Program-made: the position numbers and the translations under genes
Assembly: GCA_051294375.1 (NCBI GenBank)
Contig: CM119269.1
Span: forward strand, 2,832,026-2,896,025
DNA from: Paraspadella gotoi
Lineage: Eukaryota > Animalia > Chaetognatha
DNA length: 64,000 nt
Direction: 5' to 3'
Notes under the pieces: model-generated
Seen by the model: the letters and a program-made list of their open reading frames with translations, nothing else
Told to the model about the DNA's origin: nothing
The model's database searches: none
Shown: positions 28,123 through 40,333 of the stretch, piece after piece
Layout of the letters: the number at the start of each line of letters is the position of its first letter
Position numbering within the stretch: position 1 is the first letter of the stretch

Positions 28123-31100
28123 CAATACGGTTCGATTGATGCGAGGGGGTAATGAGGGGTGATGGGGTTTTAGCTTTGAAAGCTTTGTTGAAGGAACGGG
28201 GGCAAGGAGGGGGAGAGGCGAAGGTCTGTAAAAGAATTATCAAGATTGATTTAGGGATCACTGATGGACGAAGGCGGATGTTGTTTTTGTTGTTTATCGT
28301 TGAGACTCTAGTTCATTTATTGTAGTAATATTTAAAAAAAGCAGGTTTTGGTTTTGAAAATAAAATCAATAAGTTTTGTTTTTTTCATTCATAAATTAAA
28401 AATTGATAAATAAATAGTGCCTGAGTATCTGCGCAAAACGTTTTGTCAAACATTTTGCTTATTGCTTATTGCCGCTTCGTACTGAGCAAATAATTGGCAA
28501 ACATCAAAAGGGCCGCTTTCGATTCTTTTCGGTAATAATTACCCAACGCCCTCGGATCGATTGTCAAGCTGCTTGCTTCGAAATCGGGCACACGTGCGCG
28601 CGAGAATCGGAGGCGGGAAAAGAGTCAAACCCAAACAAACCGATTCTCAAACATAAACAAGAGAAAACATTCAATTAAGAAAGTTAAAAGGGTCCCGCCC
28701 AAGCACCCTCGAAGCCCAGAGGCAGAGGAATAACGGAAGAAAGCGAAAAGATGGGTTATCGGCGCGAAAGGCGCCCGGGACTTCTTTCCCAATGCTACCC
28801 GTTAAAAAAATATATTAAGATATTTTTTTATCGATTTTTTTTTCCTTCGCGTTCTCGGCAAAGTTTATAAAGAAATTCAGAATCCGGATCACGACTTCAT
28901 GAGCGAAATAAAATTAAGAAAAAACTGAAGCAACGAGCCAGTCTGGCGAGAAAAAGAAGTTAGCATAGCATTTCACGCATTTGATGAGCGAATTGAAATT
29001 AGCAAAAGTGAAAGTGATAGTTAAAATTCGTGAGAAGCGAAATTCAAGATCGAAATCCTCTCCCGCCGCCCCCCCTTCCGAATTCCCGCCACCAAAAACC
29101 GAATTCTCTGAGATTATTATCATCGCTTTTTTTGTTTGTTTTTTTTTTTTTTTTTAAATTCCAACATTGAATCCGAGGCCCTAAAACTTCATCTACGAAT
29201 CGATCAAATGGATAAAATTCACTCTAAAAGTAAAAGTAGAACCATCTTCAAACTTGGGTAAGCTTGGGTAAAAAAAGAGTTTAAAGACGCAGAAAAAGAA
29301 AACTGAAAGGGCTATAAAAAAAGAGTCGAATATAGCATTTTTTTGTATAGTAAAGTGATTAGCATGCATATTAAATGTATTTTGATATTATCTTTCAAAT
29401 TAGCCTAAAGATTAAAAAAAATATATCTGATAGAGCCGCTCGCCCGCCACCGAAAAAAAAAATTAAAAAGGAGTAGCGAAGTATTTTCCGTATCTCGCTC
29501 TTCCTTTGCGCTTGAGTAAAGATCGAAGGTCGAAGCTTGGGTTACGCCAAATGGCGTCAAAACTCGAAAAAAAAATAACTTAGATGGGGTTCGATTTTCA
29601 AAAAAGAGAGAAAAAAAAACTTTTTTTTCCGGCCGCCGCGATCTCCGAGGAGAAAATGTATCGAATTTGCACCGTTAGAATAAGATACTGGACGAGTTTC
29701 GCCAGAATTCCTTAAACCTCGAAAAGAAAACATTTCGAATTTCTGAGATGATTTTTGAGTTGGGGCCAATAAATTACCTGATTCTCGCGTAAAAAAACGC
29801 ACTGTAAAGTTGAATGAAATAATTGTTTAGTCTTTAGATTAAACGTCCGATGTCGGGTGAACGATTGATGGGAGATGTTTGTAAAATTCAGCGTAAGATC
29901 CTTTGAATCCCCCAAGAAAAAACAGATGTTGATGCAGGAGGAAGAAAACAACGAATTTCTTTCATTCGATTGAAATTCTTTGGTTTAGTTCGAACCGAAA
30001 CCATTTCGAACGTTTGTGGTCCGTTGTTTATATCTAGAGCAATTTTAGATTGCAGATTGTAAACAATCTAATTTTTCTGACGATAGTTAAAAAGATGAGC
30101 TACGTTCTTGGCGAATGTTTGAAGTATAATTCAAAATTACTATAATTAAAAATTATGCACAAAATAGTAAACGTTGCACTCATTAACTGATTCAGTTCAT
30201 AATTTTAAATCTATGAAACAAAAGAAGTAAAGCGAACGCGTAACGAAGCGAAAAGCGGTTTTTACGAAGTAGTTCGTTCGGATCTCCATAACATAGTTTA
30301 AAATGTGTTTCTGCAGTCACGCAAGTCGAATTACAATCTTGTTACTTAATCTCTGATTCGCGAGGTCAACAACTTGAAAATCGGCTCACGGTCACGTTGA
30401 CGAGCTGATGACGTTCAACCGCCGAGGATTTCACCTGGGATGTTTGACTTGAAAAAAAAAGTTTATGAGAAAACGATTTTTGTTGAATAAGACATTGCAG
30501 AAATCTTAAATTTGACACCTAATTACAATTGGGTCGTGCTATAATTTCATTTTTACTTGCGCTCCCTATTTTTTCAAAATAAAGTCGTGATTTTTTTTTT
30601 CGAACGGTCTCTTGTAAACATTCGCGTTTGCTAACTTCTTCGCCAATCTTGCGTATTTCTCGTCCTTTTTCATATTTGTTACCATTCGTCATCAAAGTAA
30701 GACTCCGCTTACCTCTCAGACCTTGCCACCGGGAACTCTAAAGGCGACGCTCGGCCAATCGCGATGTCGTGGAAACGTAAGGCGCACGAACCGCGCAATT
30801 ACGCCACGTTTTTGCGAGATGACGAAGACGTGAGGAAGATGTTCCTCCGATTGGACGACGTCACTTTTAAGGTTAGAATTTTTGGCGGGAGTTGGATAAA
30901 ACTATGGATGTCTGATGAAAAGTTGAGTGAGACTTAACGTTTATTTATATCTTTATCTTCGACAGAGACTTCAACTGTACGAGAGAAAAATGGGAAAGTT
31001 AACTACGAAACAATTATTGGGAACTGTGGAGGATTTTACCAACAGTAAGGAACACCAACTAGTTTTTTAGCTTTTTTTTTTTTAAGATTATTTTTTTATT

Positions 31101-31805
31101 TTCAGGAAACTCAAATGATCTTCTCAAAACAAATTGCTGTCTTTATGATTTGTCAGAAGACTGCAAAAGTTTTAACAACAGAATCAACACAAGAGGTTTG
31201 AGTCTACGTAATTTAAAATTTAACAGTAAAAAGTCGTTTTAACTATATTCTCTGTATACGTACGTAGAATCTACTACATGTAGATGTTGTAAACCTAATA
31301 CTATTATTTGACTATTTCCTAGTTTTTTCCTTAAAAAAACAAATTTCATCCCCCTTATTATCCACAAACGCATCCACCTTTAGAAGCGAGCATCAACCCA
31401 TCCGCCTATCTTCGCCAAAAGTGGGATTTGAAGCTCTACAAGAGAGACGTCGCGGCGGGAGAAAAGCGCAAGCAAGACTTGCAGGCGGCGCGATACTCGC
31501 ACAACGATAAAATGGTCGCCCTCATCTTCAAAGAAATTACCGGAAGAAATTTCTGATTGATTGAATTTCTCTCTCTCTCTGTCTCTCTCTCTCTCCTCTT
31601 TCTCACTCTCTCTCTCCCGTTTCGTTCATCTCACGGTAAAGTAAACTTTGTACTGACCTGTAATAAATCAAGACATTAATGCAACAATCAAATTGTATTG
31701 TTTTAATTTATAATATCACCCAAAGACCAAATGAATATACGTATTAGTAACATTTAAAATTTGAAAATAAATTCCATTTCATTGCCGAAAATGTTAAGAA
31801 GCCAT
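24389..31805 (-). repeat. Inverted, indel-rich copy of block A, including the 342-N gap at 25114-25455
   Basis: Collinear reverse complement of block A. It ends at gccat (31801-31805), which matches catggc at 5530 and 16231. The differences are mostly small indels. Confidence 0.93.
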
Positions 31806-31982
31806 ATGGTTTTCACAGAGAGCCCATGGAGCCCATCTGAAATAGTGCAAACGGAACGTAAATGATCCACTCCGAGCCGCCGATTCTGGCGAATAATCCG
31901 AGAGAGTAAAAACAATATTTATGGCCCTATTTATCGTTTATAATTAATTATCATCATTAATAACATTTTGATCAGGTTTGTT

Positions 31983-34900
31983 TCACTGTTCCTTCTTTTG
32001 CTTCTTCGTCGTGTTCCGGATTTTGATAAGTTCCAAGAGGAGGTTTCGGCCCAACGCCTCGGAGGCGCAGAGGAGCCCGCCGTACATCGCCCCCGAGAAA
32101 CCGCAAGTGAAGACGTCTTGACCTGAGTGGTTGATGGAGACATTTATGACATCTTTTTATCAATAAAGAAATGCCATTTCATTCAACCTGTGAACAAAAG
32201 GCCTTTTATCCCGATGTCGGGACGAAGGGCGACAACGGCTTCGCGATCGAATCGGCGAAGGTCGTGATCGAGTCCATAAATCTCTCCTGATTGTTAATTA
32301 ATAAATAAGTACAATCAATTTGCCGTTAGATCGTGTTGTCGGAGGGTCAATCATTTTCAATGTCTTTGCTGTCATTCGAGTAATTCGTTGTTTGCAAAAG
32401 CGTGAGATCTCACCGGCGTTAGACTTGATGTAGTGATTGTGGGTCAGCGGAGACCCGCCTTCGATGTAATCGACTTTGTCGGCCAAATGAGGAAAATGCT
32501 CCACGACCTGTTCCCACATTTGATGCGTCATGCGGTCCTTTTAAATTAAGATCGGAAATTAGCAACCAGACAGAAGATTACAATCTACTAAACTACTATG
32601 ATTGAGGGCTGAAATGCCAGCGCAACGCTGCCATGTCTTTACTTTCAATTCGGTGTATTCATCGGGTCGCTGCCTGAGATCGGAAACCTGCTCCCAATCG
32701 CGGAACCACTTCCAGTTGCACAGCGTTACGATTGCGCAAGTCGATTTACCGGGATATCGCTCCTCCCAGGTTGGATCCTAAAAAAAAGAGGAAATTAAAA
32801 TTAGAAAGAAAAAAAAGAAAGAAAAAAAAAGAAAAAATTAGGGACAAAAATAGAAATGAAGAAAGAAAGAATGAATGAATGAATGAATGAATGAATGAAT
32901 GAATGAAGAAAAGAAGAAAGAAGAGAAAGAAAGAAGAAGAAAAGAAAGAAAGAAAGAAAGAAAGAAAGAAAAAGAAAGAAAAAGAAAGAAAGAAAGAAAA
33001 AAAAAACAAGACAGACGACGACAAAGTATCGTTTTCATTGACCTTAGCATTAAGGAAAAGAGATGAAGAGCAGAGGTATTGGGGACGAAGCAGCCTCCTC
33101 GAACGACTTGGCCAAATATGCGTTGACGGCTGCGTCGAAATCGGGCTCGGCGAAGGCCCAAACGTTTTGAGCCTTAAGGCCGAGCTCCGAGGCACTTCCG
33201 CGGAGGCCGACGAAAACCTGGGCGTGCGGATTATCGTGAAGGACGATTCACATTTCAGATTACGGAGTGGAAGAAATTTTGAACCTGAAAGCACGCCATT
33301 CCGGGCTTAAGTTGCTCCATTATTCCGCCGATTGATGAAGCACTCTTCATTTCTTTCGGAAGACCAAAGTTATTGAAGGTATTGGGAATACCGGCGTTGG
33401 AAATAACCAGAGGTGCCCGAATGGTCACGACGCCTTTTCCTCCTAACGATTCGGATAATAGTAAATTTATTAAATTTATGAATCTTCGAATGCTTATACC
33501 TTTTTGATCACGATAATGTTCTTAATGTTACACTTTCTTCCTCAACTGACCTGCTCGTTGAACCTGAACTCCGTCCACTCTTTGACCGGAAGTAGTCAGC
33601 GCCACCACTGGCGCGCGAACTAAAACTCGGCCCCCGGCGCGTTCCACGAGGGGAATGGCGCGAAGGGCGATCTCGGAGGCGCCTCCGATAGGGTAGCTCG
33701 ATCCGTACATAAAGTGGTTCCACAGCATACCCTGTAGATTAAATCAAAGAAGATTGAATACGCGCGTTACAATTAATATACTGAGCTATTTCATCTGCCG
33801 GATCCTGAAAAAACAAACCTGCATAGCAAGCGGCGCTCGCTCAGGCTGCGTACCGTAATCGCCGAAATGGTAAGTGAGAACGGCTTTCAAATAAGGATCT
33901 TTCACGATTGAGTCAAGATAAGTTCGAGTTGAAGTTTCGAAAGCAACTCGTCCACGTGAGAATCCTAATATGTATATTAGTAGATTGGGGATAAACGATG
34001 AATGAAGACTTTTATAACGTTTACGAAATGAAACGACTTTACGACGACGACGACGATGATTTTACTTCTTTTTAAGAAATAAACCAGATATTTTAATAAG
34101 TTAAAAAAGCAATCAATTTAAAATATTTTAAAATCATAGAATTCAGCGTTTATGTTTAATTTAGGACAGTTGAAACAAAAAACACTTCATCATATACACT
34201 GTGAGTAGTTTAAGTATTAAGTGCAAGTACAAAAACGTTATTTTTTTCAAAATATTTCGACTTATTTTTTAAGTCATCATCAGTGGTAAAAGAATTAACA
34301 GCTAACAGTTTTTACAATTACCAAGGTTTTTTGTTTTTACATTAAACTGTCCTAAATAAATATATTTTAATCTCGTCAACGCGTCAGAAAAAATTAATTA
34401 AAGTAAAAGGGAAAATTTTGGAAAACCTGACCTGGTAATATCTGGATACGCATAAGAAGCTTGGAGACCCACAACGGAAGACATTTAAGGAGAACGAAAT
34501 GCTGGGCAGACGAACGGATCGACTTCAGCTAAGTAAATTAATAAAGACTTGAAAATGGAGAATGGAAGCAATGAAAAAAGAAGGGGATTTATTCAAAAGC
34601 ATTGATTTTTGGCCTAGTACTAAAATCTTGACTATAAAAAAATCTACGCACCTCCTCAAAGAAAGTTTTGATCCCATTTTCTTCTTTAGGAAAGTAATCG
34701 ATGAGTTTTTGGATCAGTTCTTGTTTTCCGGAAGGAATCGGGAATTTCCTGACCCCTTCGGCATGGTTCGAGTCGCCAATGGCAACCACGTCGTAGATGT
34801 GGTCCAGGTCGGCCCAATGCAACTGGCCTGGAATAAGTAGGTAATTGTAATTCACAGTTCAGGTAAGCTCGTTACCAAGTTAGTCTTTTTGTGACTTTTA

Positions 34901-35601
34901 CTGTCCATCAGTCAGTCTCCGACTTTTTTTTTATGAGGAACAATTGAGAAAGATTTTAAACTAGAGTTACTGATACTGATTTCAAACATTTACCATGAAA
35001 AGAAAAGATTTTCTTTAACAAATACATACATAATAATATAATTTGCCCAAAAATTTGTCATTACCATCGGTGATTTGATCGATCAAACACTTGGTCAAGC
35101 TGTGACTGCGAACCTCGCCGATGTAATGAATGCCTGTAAATTTTGGGAAAAAAATAAGACTTCTAAATCCAGGAATCAATAAACGTGGAATCTTATAAAA
35201 ATTCAGCCTTCATAACCTATATCGAACTCGTATCCCTTCTCCACGAAAGTGTGGGTGCATCCACCCGCCCGGTCGTGCTGCTCCAAGACGAGGACCCTCT
35301 TTCCGGCTCTGGCGAGAAGCGTAGCGGCCGTGAGGCCACCAATTCCCGACCCGACGACGATAGCGTCGAGACGATCGGGTACGGCTTCCGGCTTGAAATT
35401 CTGTCGCAACACCTTGTCGCGGGCGACTTGGTCGTGCTGCGGCGGCGCTGCTGGTGGCATGACCAGCGAAAAAGGAGACGGGCCTTTCGGCCGTCGCCAC
35501 AAAACCTTCAAAGCGACAATGACGACGACGGCAACGATAACCAGAGGAAAGGCGCCGATGGAAGAGACGCTCTCGCGAAGGAGCGCGAAATTCGCCTCCA
35601 T
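31983..35601 (-). CDS. RETSAT: All-trans-retinol 13,14-reductase (retinol saturase; CrtISO/phytoene desaturase family)
   Basis: Twelve GT-AG exons: 35601-35217, 35133-35065, 34827-34652, 34528-34432, 33964-33819, 33731-33551, 33442-33285, 33217-33043, 32777-32643, 32537-32414, 32286-32188 and 32122-31983. Motifs include an N-terminal membrane anchor, DAIVVGSGIGGL...VLEQHDRAGGCTHTF, GYEFDIGIHYIG, YPIGGASEIA, DPTWEERYPGKST, GEIYGLDH and GQDVFTCGFSGAMYGG. One extra base near 33052 breaks the frame. Confidence 0.93.
34151..34364. mobile_element. Putative MITE of about 210 bp in a RETSAT intron
   Basis: Imperfect terminal inverted repeats TATGTTTAATTTAGGACAGTT and AACTGTCCTAAATAAATATA, with a perfect 13-bp core, and an AT-rich interior. 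Confidence 0.5.
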
Positions 35602-36679
35602 CTTTGCCTTTTAGTGGAATTAACGTTCGTTACCTCCTTCAGTCCTACAGTTAATATGAAGAGAAAATATAGTCAAATTAAACAATTTTTATTATAAGTA
35701 TGATTCGAGTGAGTTAAAACAAAAACTACAAGCGCATAAATAAGAAGAGGAGAAGGCCAGCATTTTAGCGAATAGGTCCCCAACTGTGAACTGGACTGGA
35801 GCAATTACGATTCGTAACAAGCAAAGAAACATTTGAAAATACGTAATAAGATAATTATGAAATTAATAAATAGAAAAAATATCGATAAAAGCACGTATAT
35901 CACTTTTTACAGGGCTTACTTTAGAGTCTAGAATTAAACTACACAATATGGAATCTAAATTTAAGCTATTATCTATAGTTAACATACGCCCAAACTAGTT
36001 TAACTTTAATTAAATTATTAATTTGATTTAATTTGACAGGAGGGAGCGCGATGGGCGAATGTTGATCTCTTCTCATTCAAGGGCAGAAACAAAAAAAAGA
36101 ACATTCCGACAACATGTTGCGACCTGATTAAAAAACTCTAGTCAAATTATTAAAATTTATTATTAAACTGGAATAAGTGAATTATAATTATTTCTTTTTT
36201 TTTCCTAATTTTTTAAATAACAAAATTACTTTTTCTCTTTGCCATGAATTAAAGAAAGCCTGGCGTTAAACTTCAAGTTAAGACTAGGGATAGGTGAGAA
36301 AGGTACTGATTTTGCTTTCCGGGTTTTTATTATAAGTCAGGGTGGTTATGGCCTGCGTTAGGCATTGGGATAAATTTGATAATGCATAATGACGATTTAT
36401 TTTATATAATTTTCGAAAAAACCGCGTGGTCGATTTAGTTACGTAAGAAAAGAGAAGTCCTGCTTCTTAATCGTATTCTTTAGCGTAATATTAATAATCA
36501 GAAAACGAAATCGAAGTATCAAAAAAGGGAAAAAATCGATTGTTTTTATTTCTCAACATTTGTAACAATTATTAATTAATAATTTCATCACAAACTTTTC
36601 AGAATCTCCACAAGCTTCCAAACCGGCATATCTATTGTACCATTTAACCCTCTGAAAAATCTGGCTGAAAGTGAAAACG
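35602..36679. promoter_or_regulatory. Divergent (head-to-head) RETSAT/OGDH upstream region
   Basis: The start codons point away from each other about 1.1 kb apart. There is a DRE-like TATCGATA at 35880-35887. Probable 5'UTR splice acceptors lie near 35645 (minus) and 36602 (plus). Confidence 0.5.
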
Positions 36680-39600
36680 ATGAATCGCTTGGCTTCGAGA
36701 CTATTTTTGGGACGTCCTCGTCCGAACACTCTCGATGATGGCGTCGGGTCGTTGGCGGCAGGCGCCCAAATCTCTCGTCGGCTCATTTCGTCTGATCGTG
36801 GTAACTACGCAGCGGCGGTAGCGGCGGAGCCTTTTCTAAACGGAACGTCAACAAACTACGTTGAAGACATGTATGTCGCATGGCGGGCGGATCCCACGAG
36901 CGTTCACAAATCTTGGGATGCTTATTTTAAGCGAGTAGACGCGGGAGCTGCCCCCGGCGCAGCCCACGCCACACCGCCGTCAATCTCTTCCACGGGCTCG
37001 CTACGACTTCCGGTCGCGGCGGCGGCGGCGGCGTCCTCGCTTCAAGTGAACAAGGAAGTGAACGACCACATGTCCGTTCAGGCCTTGATCCGAGCCTATC
37101 AGCTCCGCGGTCACAACATCGCCGATCTCGACCCGCTGGGCATCAACAGCGCCGACCTCGACAACGAGACTCCGCCGGAGCTGCTGCTCAGCACCTACGG
37201 ATTTAGCGAGGCAGATCTGGACAGGGAGTTTCGGCTTCCGGGGAGCACCTACATCGGGGGAGAGAGCGGCTCTCTCAAGCTGCGCGACATCGTGGCGCGG
37301 TTGGAGCACACTTACTGCGGCCACATCGGGGCCGAGTTCTCCTTCATCAACGACCACTCCAAGGTGTCGTGGATCAAGCAGCGGCTGGAAGCCCGAACCC
37401 AGTTCGAGTTCTCTGCCGAAGAGAGGCGGCTCATCCTGGCCAGACTCGTCAGAGCGACGAGGTTCGAGGAGTTTCTTGCCAGGAAGTTCAGTTCCGAGAA
37501 GAGGTTCGGTCTAGAAGGTTGCGAAGTCCTCATTCCTTCATTGAAGGTTGGTTTCTACAATTCTCGTTTTAATTACTGTTGAATTACATTAACAAGTGTT
37601 TTTCTAATTTCCGTTATTTCCTTTAAATCTCTCATACATAATATTCTGGTAATGTCTGTCTCTTTCATTTTAGTGCTCTCACAGTAAGTATATAAAATTA
37701 TAAATACTTTTTTTCCTTTTTTTTCTTCTTAATGTACTTTTTCATTATAAAAATCTCATTTATATTTTCATATATTTATAATAAACAACTATAAAAATCA
37801 AATTGTGAAAATAGCAACATTTGGCTCTACTAATACTTTCCCGCTTCTTGCCTTTCCCCAGGCCATCATCGATCAATCCTCCACCCTCGGTATCGAGAGC
37901 GTCGTCATGGGGATGCCCCACCGCGGTCGCCTCAACGTCTTATGCAACGTGGCGCGCATGCCGCTCGAAAAGCTTCTCTGCCAGTTCGATTCCAAGCTGG
38001 AAGCGGACGAGGTGGGTTCCGGAGATGTTAAGTATCACCTCGGGACCTCCGTCGAGAGGCTCAACAATATTACCAACAAGAACATCAAGATTTCAATCGT
38101 CGCCAATCCCTCCCACTTGGAAGCCGTCAACCCCGTCGTCCAGGGAAAAACGCGCGCCGAGCAATTTTTTAGAGGAGACCGGGAGGGGAAGAAGGTAATA
38201 ATGTACAATAATGGATTTTGGAAATTGGAGTATAAAAAAGCGTCAAGGATAGCACGGGAAGGAATATCGCGTATACTCAATGAAAACTAGGTTATGTCGG
38301 TCCTACTTCATGGCGACGCTGCTTTCGCCGGGCAAGGCATAGTCTACGAAACTTTCCACCTTTCCGATCTTCCTTTCTACACGACTCACGGCTGTATCCA
38401 CGTCGTAGTCAACAACCAGATCGGGTTAGTCTAACAATTCTACAATTCTCCTTGTCAGTTAAAATATTGTTAAAACCACGTTTTCTAAATTTAATTATTT
38501 AGATTCACGACTGACCCTCGCTTCTCGCGATCGTCGCCCTACTGCACCGACGTTGCTCGAGTAGTCAATGCCCCCATCTTTCACGTCAATGGCGACGATC
38601 CAGAGTCCGTCGTCTTTGTCTCTAAAATAGCCGCTGATTACAGGTGAGTGAAAGGAAAAAAATTTTATATTTAATTTCAATAAATGATGAAACAATCAAA
38701 CAAATAAAAAATCGATATTTTTCATGTCTCGATTAAATTTTTTTTCTTCCACAGAAACGAATTCGGTTCGGACGTGGTCCTTGACATCGTTTCCTACCGC
38801 AAAAACGGCCACAACGAGATCGACGAGCCGATGTTCACTCAACCCTTGATGTACAAGAGAATCGGCAAGATGGAAACGGCGATGAAAAAATACGGGGAGA
38901 CGCTGATCTCCTCTGGTGTCGTCAAGCCGGAAGAGTTTGAGGAGGAAAAGAGTCGCTACGACAAAATCCTCGACGAGTCGTTGGAGGCTGGAAAGCGCAT
39001 CTCGCAGATGCACAACGCGGACTGGCTCGACTCGCCCTGGGAGGGATTCTTCGTCGAAGGCGGTGCCGACCGAATGCGGCCGCCGGAGACGGGGGTCGCC
39101 AAGGAAGACATCGTTCACGTCCTCGGAAAAATCAGTTCCATCTCGGTCGAGGACTTCGTTCCCCACGCGGGCATTAAGCGCATACTCAAATCTCGCGCAG
39201 AACTAGCAAAGGATAAAAAGGTCGATTGGGCCATGGCCGAGAGTCTGGCCTTTGGCTCGCTGCTCATGGAGGGCATCCATGTACGCCTCTCGGGCCAGGA
39301 CGTGGAACGGGGCACTTTCTCTCATCGACATCACGTCCTTCACGACCAAAACAATGATGGATTAATATACAACGCCCTCAATGACCTTTCGCCGAATCAA
39401 GCAGAATACGCCGTCGGCAATTCGTCTCTCTCTGAATTCGGAGTTTTAGGCTTCGAACTTGGTTACTCGATGACTAACCCTCACGCTCTCGTCATTTGGG
39501 AGGCGCAGTTTGGGGATTTCAACAACACGGCGCAGTGCATCATCGACCAATTCGTGGCATCCGGCCAGTCGAAATGGCTCCGCCAGACTGGTCTCGTGAT

Positions 39601-40333
39601 GCTTCTGCCTCACGGGTACGAGGGCATGGGACCCGAGCACACCTCGGCGCGCCTCGAGCGGTTCCTTCAGATGTCTGACGACGATCCAGATGTTATGCCC
39701 AAAGATCTCGGGGTTGCCGACCCCGAGGATGTGACCCTTCACCAGCTTCACCAAATAAACTGGATTATTATTAATTGCACCTCGCCTGGCAATTACATGC
39801 ACGCACTCCGCCGTCAGGTCAAGCTTCCTTTCCGCAAGCCCCTGATAGTCATGTCCCCAAAGAGTCTGTTGCGACTACCCGACGCTCGATCCTCCTTCGA
39901 CGAGCTGCTGCCGGGCACTAGTTTCCGGCCGTACATACCTGAGGAAGGTGCGGCGTCGACGGCGCCTGACGGCGTGAAAAAGCTCCTCTTCTGCTCGGGG
40001 AAAGTTTATTACGACCTTATTAAAGAGCGAGAGCGGCTTGGCCTTGATTCGGAAATTGCTATCGGCCGGCTCGAGCAGATATGCCCGTTTCCCTACGACG
40101 GGGTGGTCAAGGAGATAAAGAAATACCCCGGAGCCCAGGTCAGCTGGGCTCAGGAGGAGCACAAAAACATGGGTGCTTGGACATATGTCCAGCCGCGTTT
40201 CGAGGCTGCCGTCGACCACCGTTTCAGGGTTATGTACGTTGGCAGGGGCGTGTCGCCGTCACCCGCCACGGGAAACAAATCCAAACATCTTCAGGAGCTA
40301 CATCAATTCCTGGAGGAAGCGATGGCCATGTGA
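36680..40333 (+). CDS. OGDH: 2-oxoglutarate dehydrogenase E1, mitochondrial
   Basis: Exons 36680-37546, 37862-38194, 38291-38424, 38503-38643 and 38755-40333, all GT-AG and in phase. It has an Arg-rich presequence and the motifs [41 protein letters not shown], the TPP motif [10 protein letters not shown]...[38 protein letters not shown] and [12 protein letters not shown]. Confidence 0.97.

Noticed and set aside
5530-31805. LTR element or giant TIR transposon explaining the repeats
   Set aside because: There is no transposase, RT or integrase coding and no target-site duplication, and the boundaries coincide with assembly gaps.
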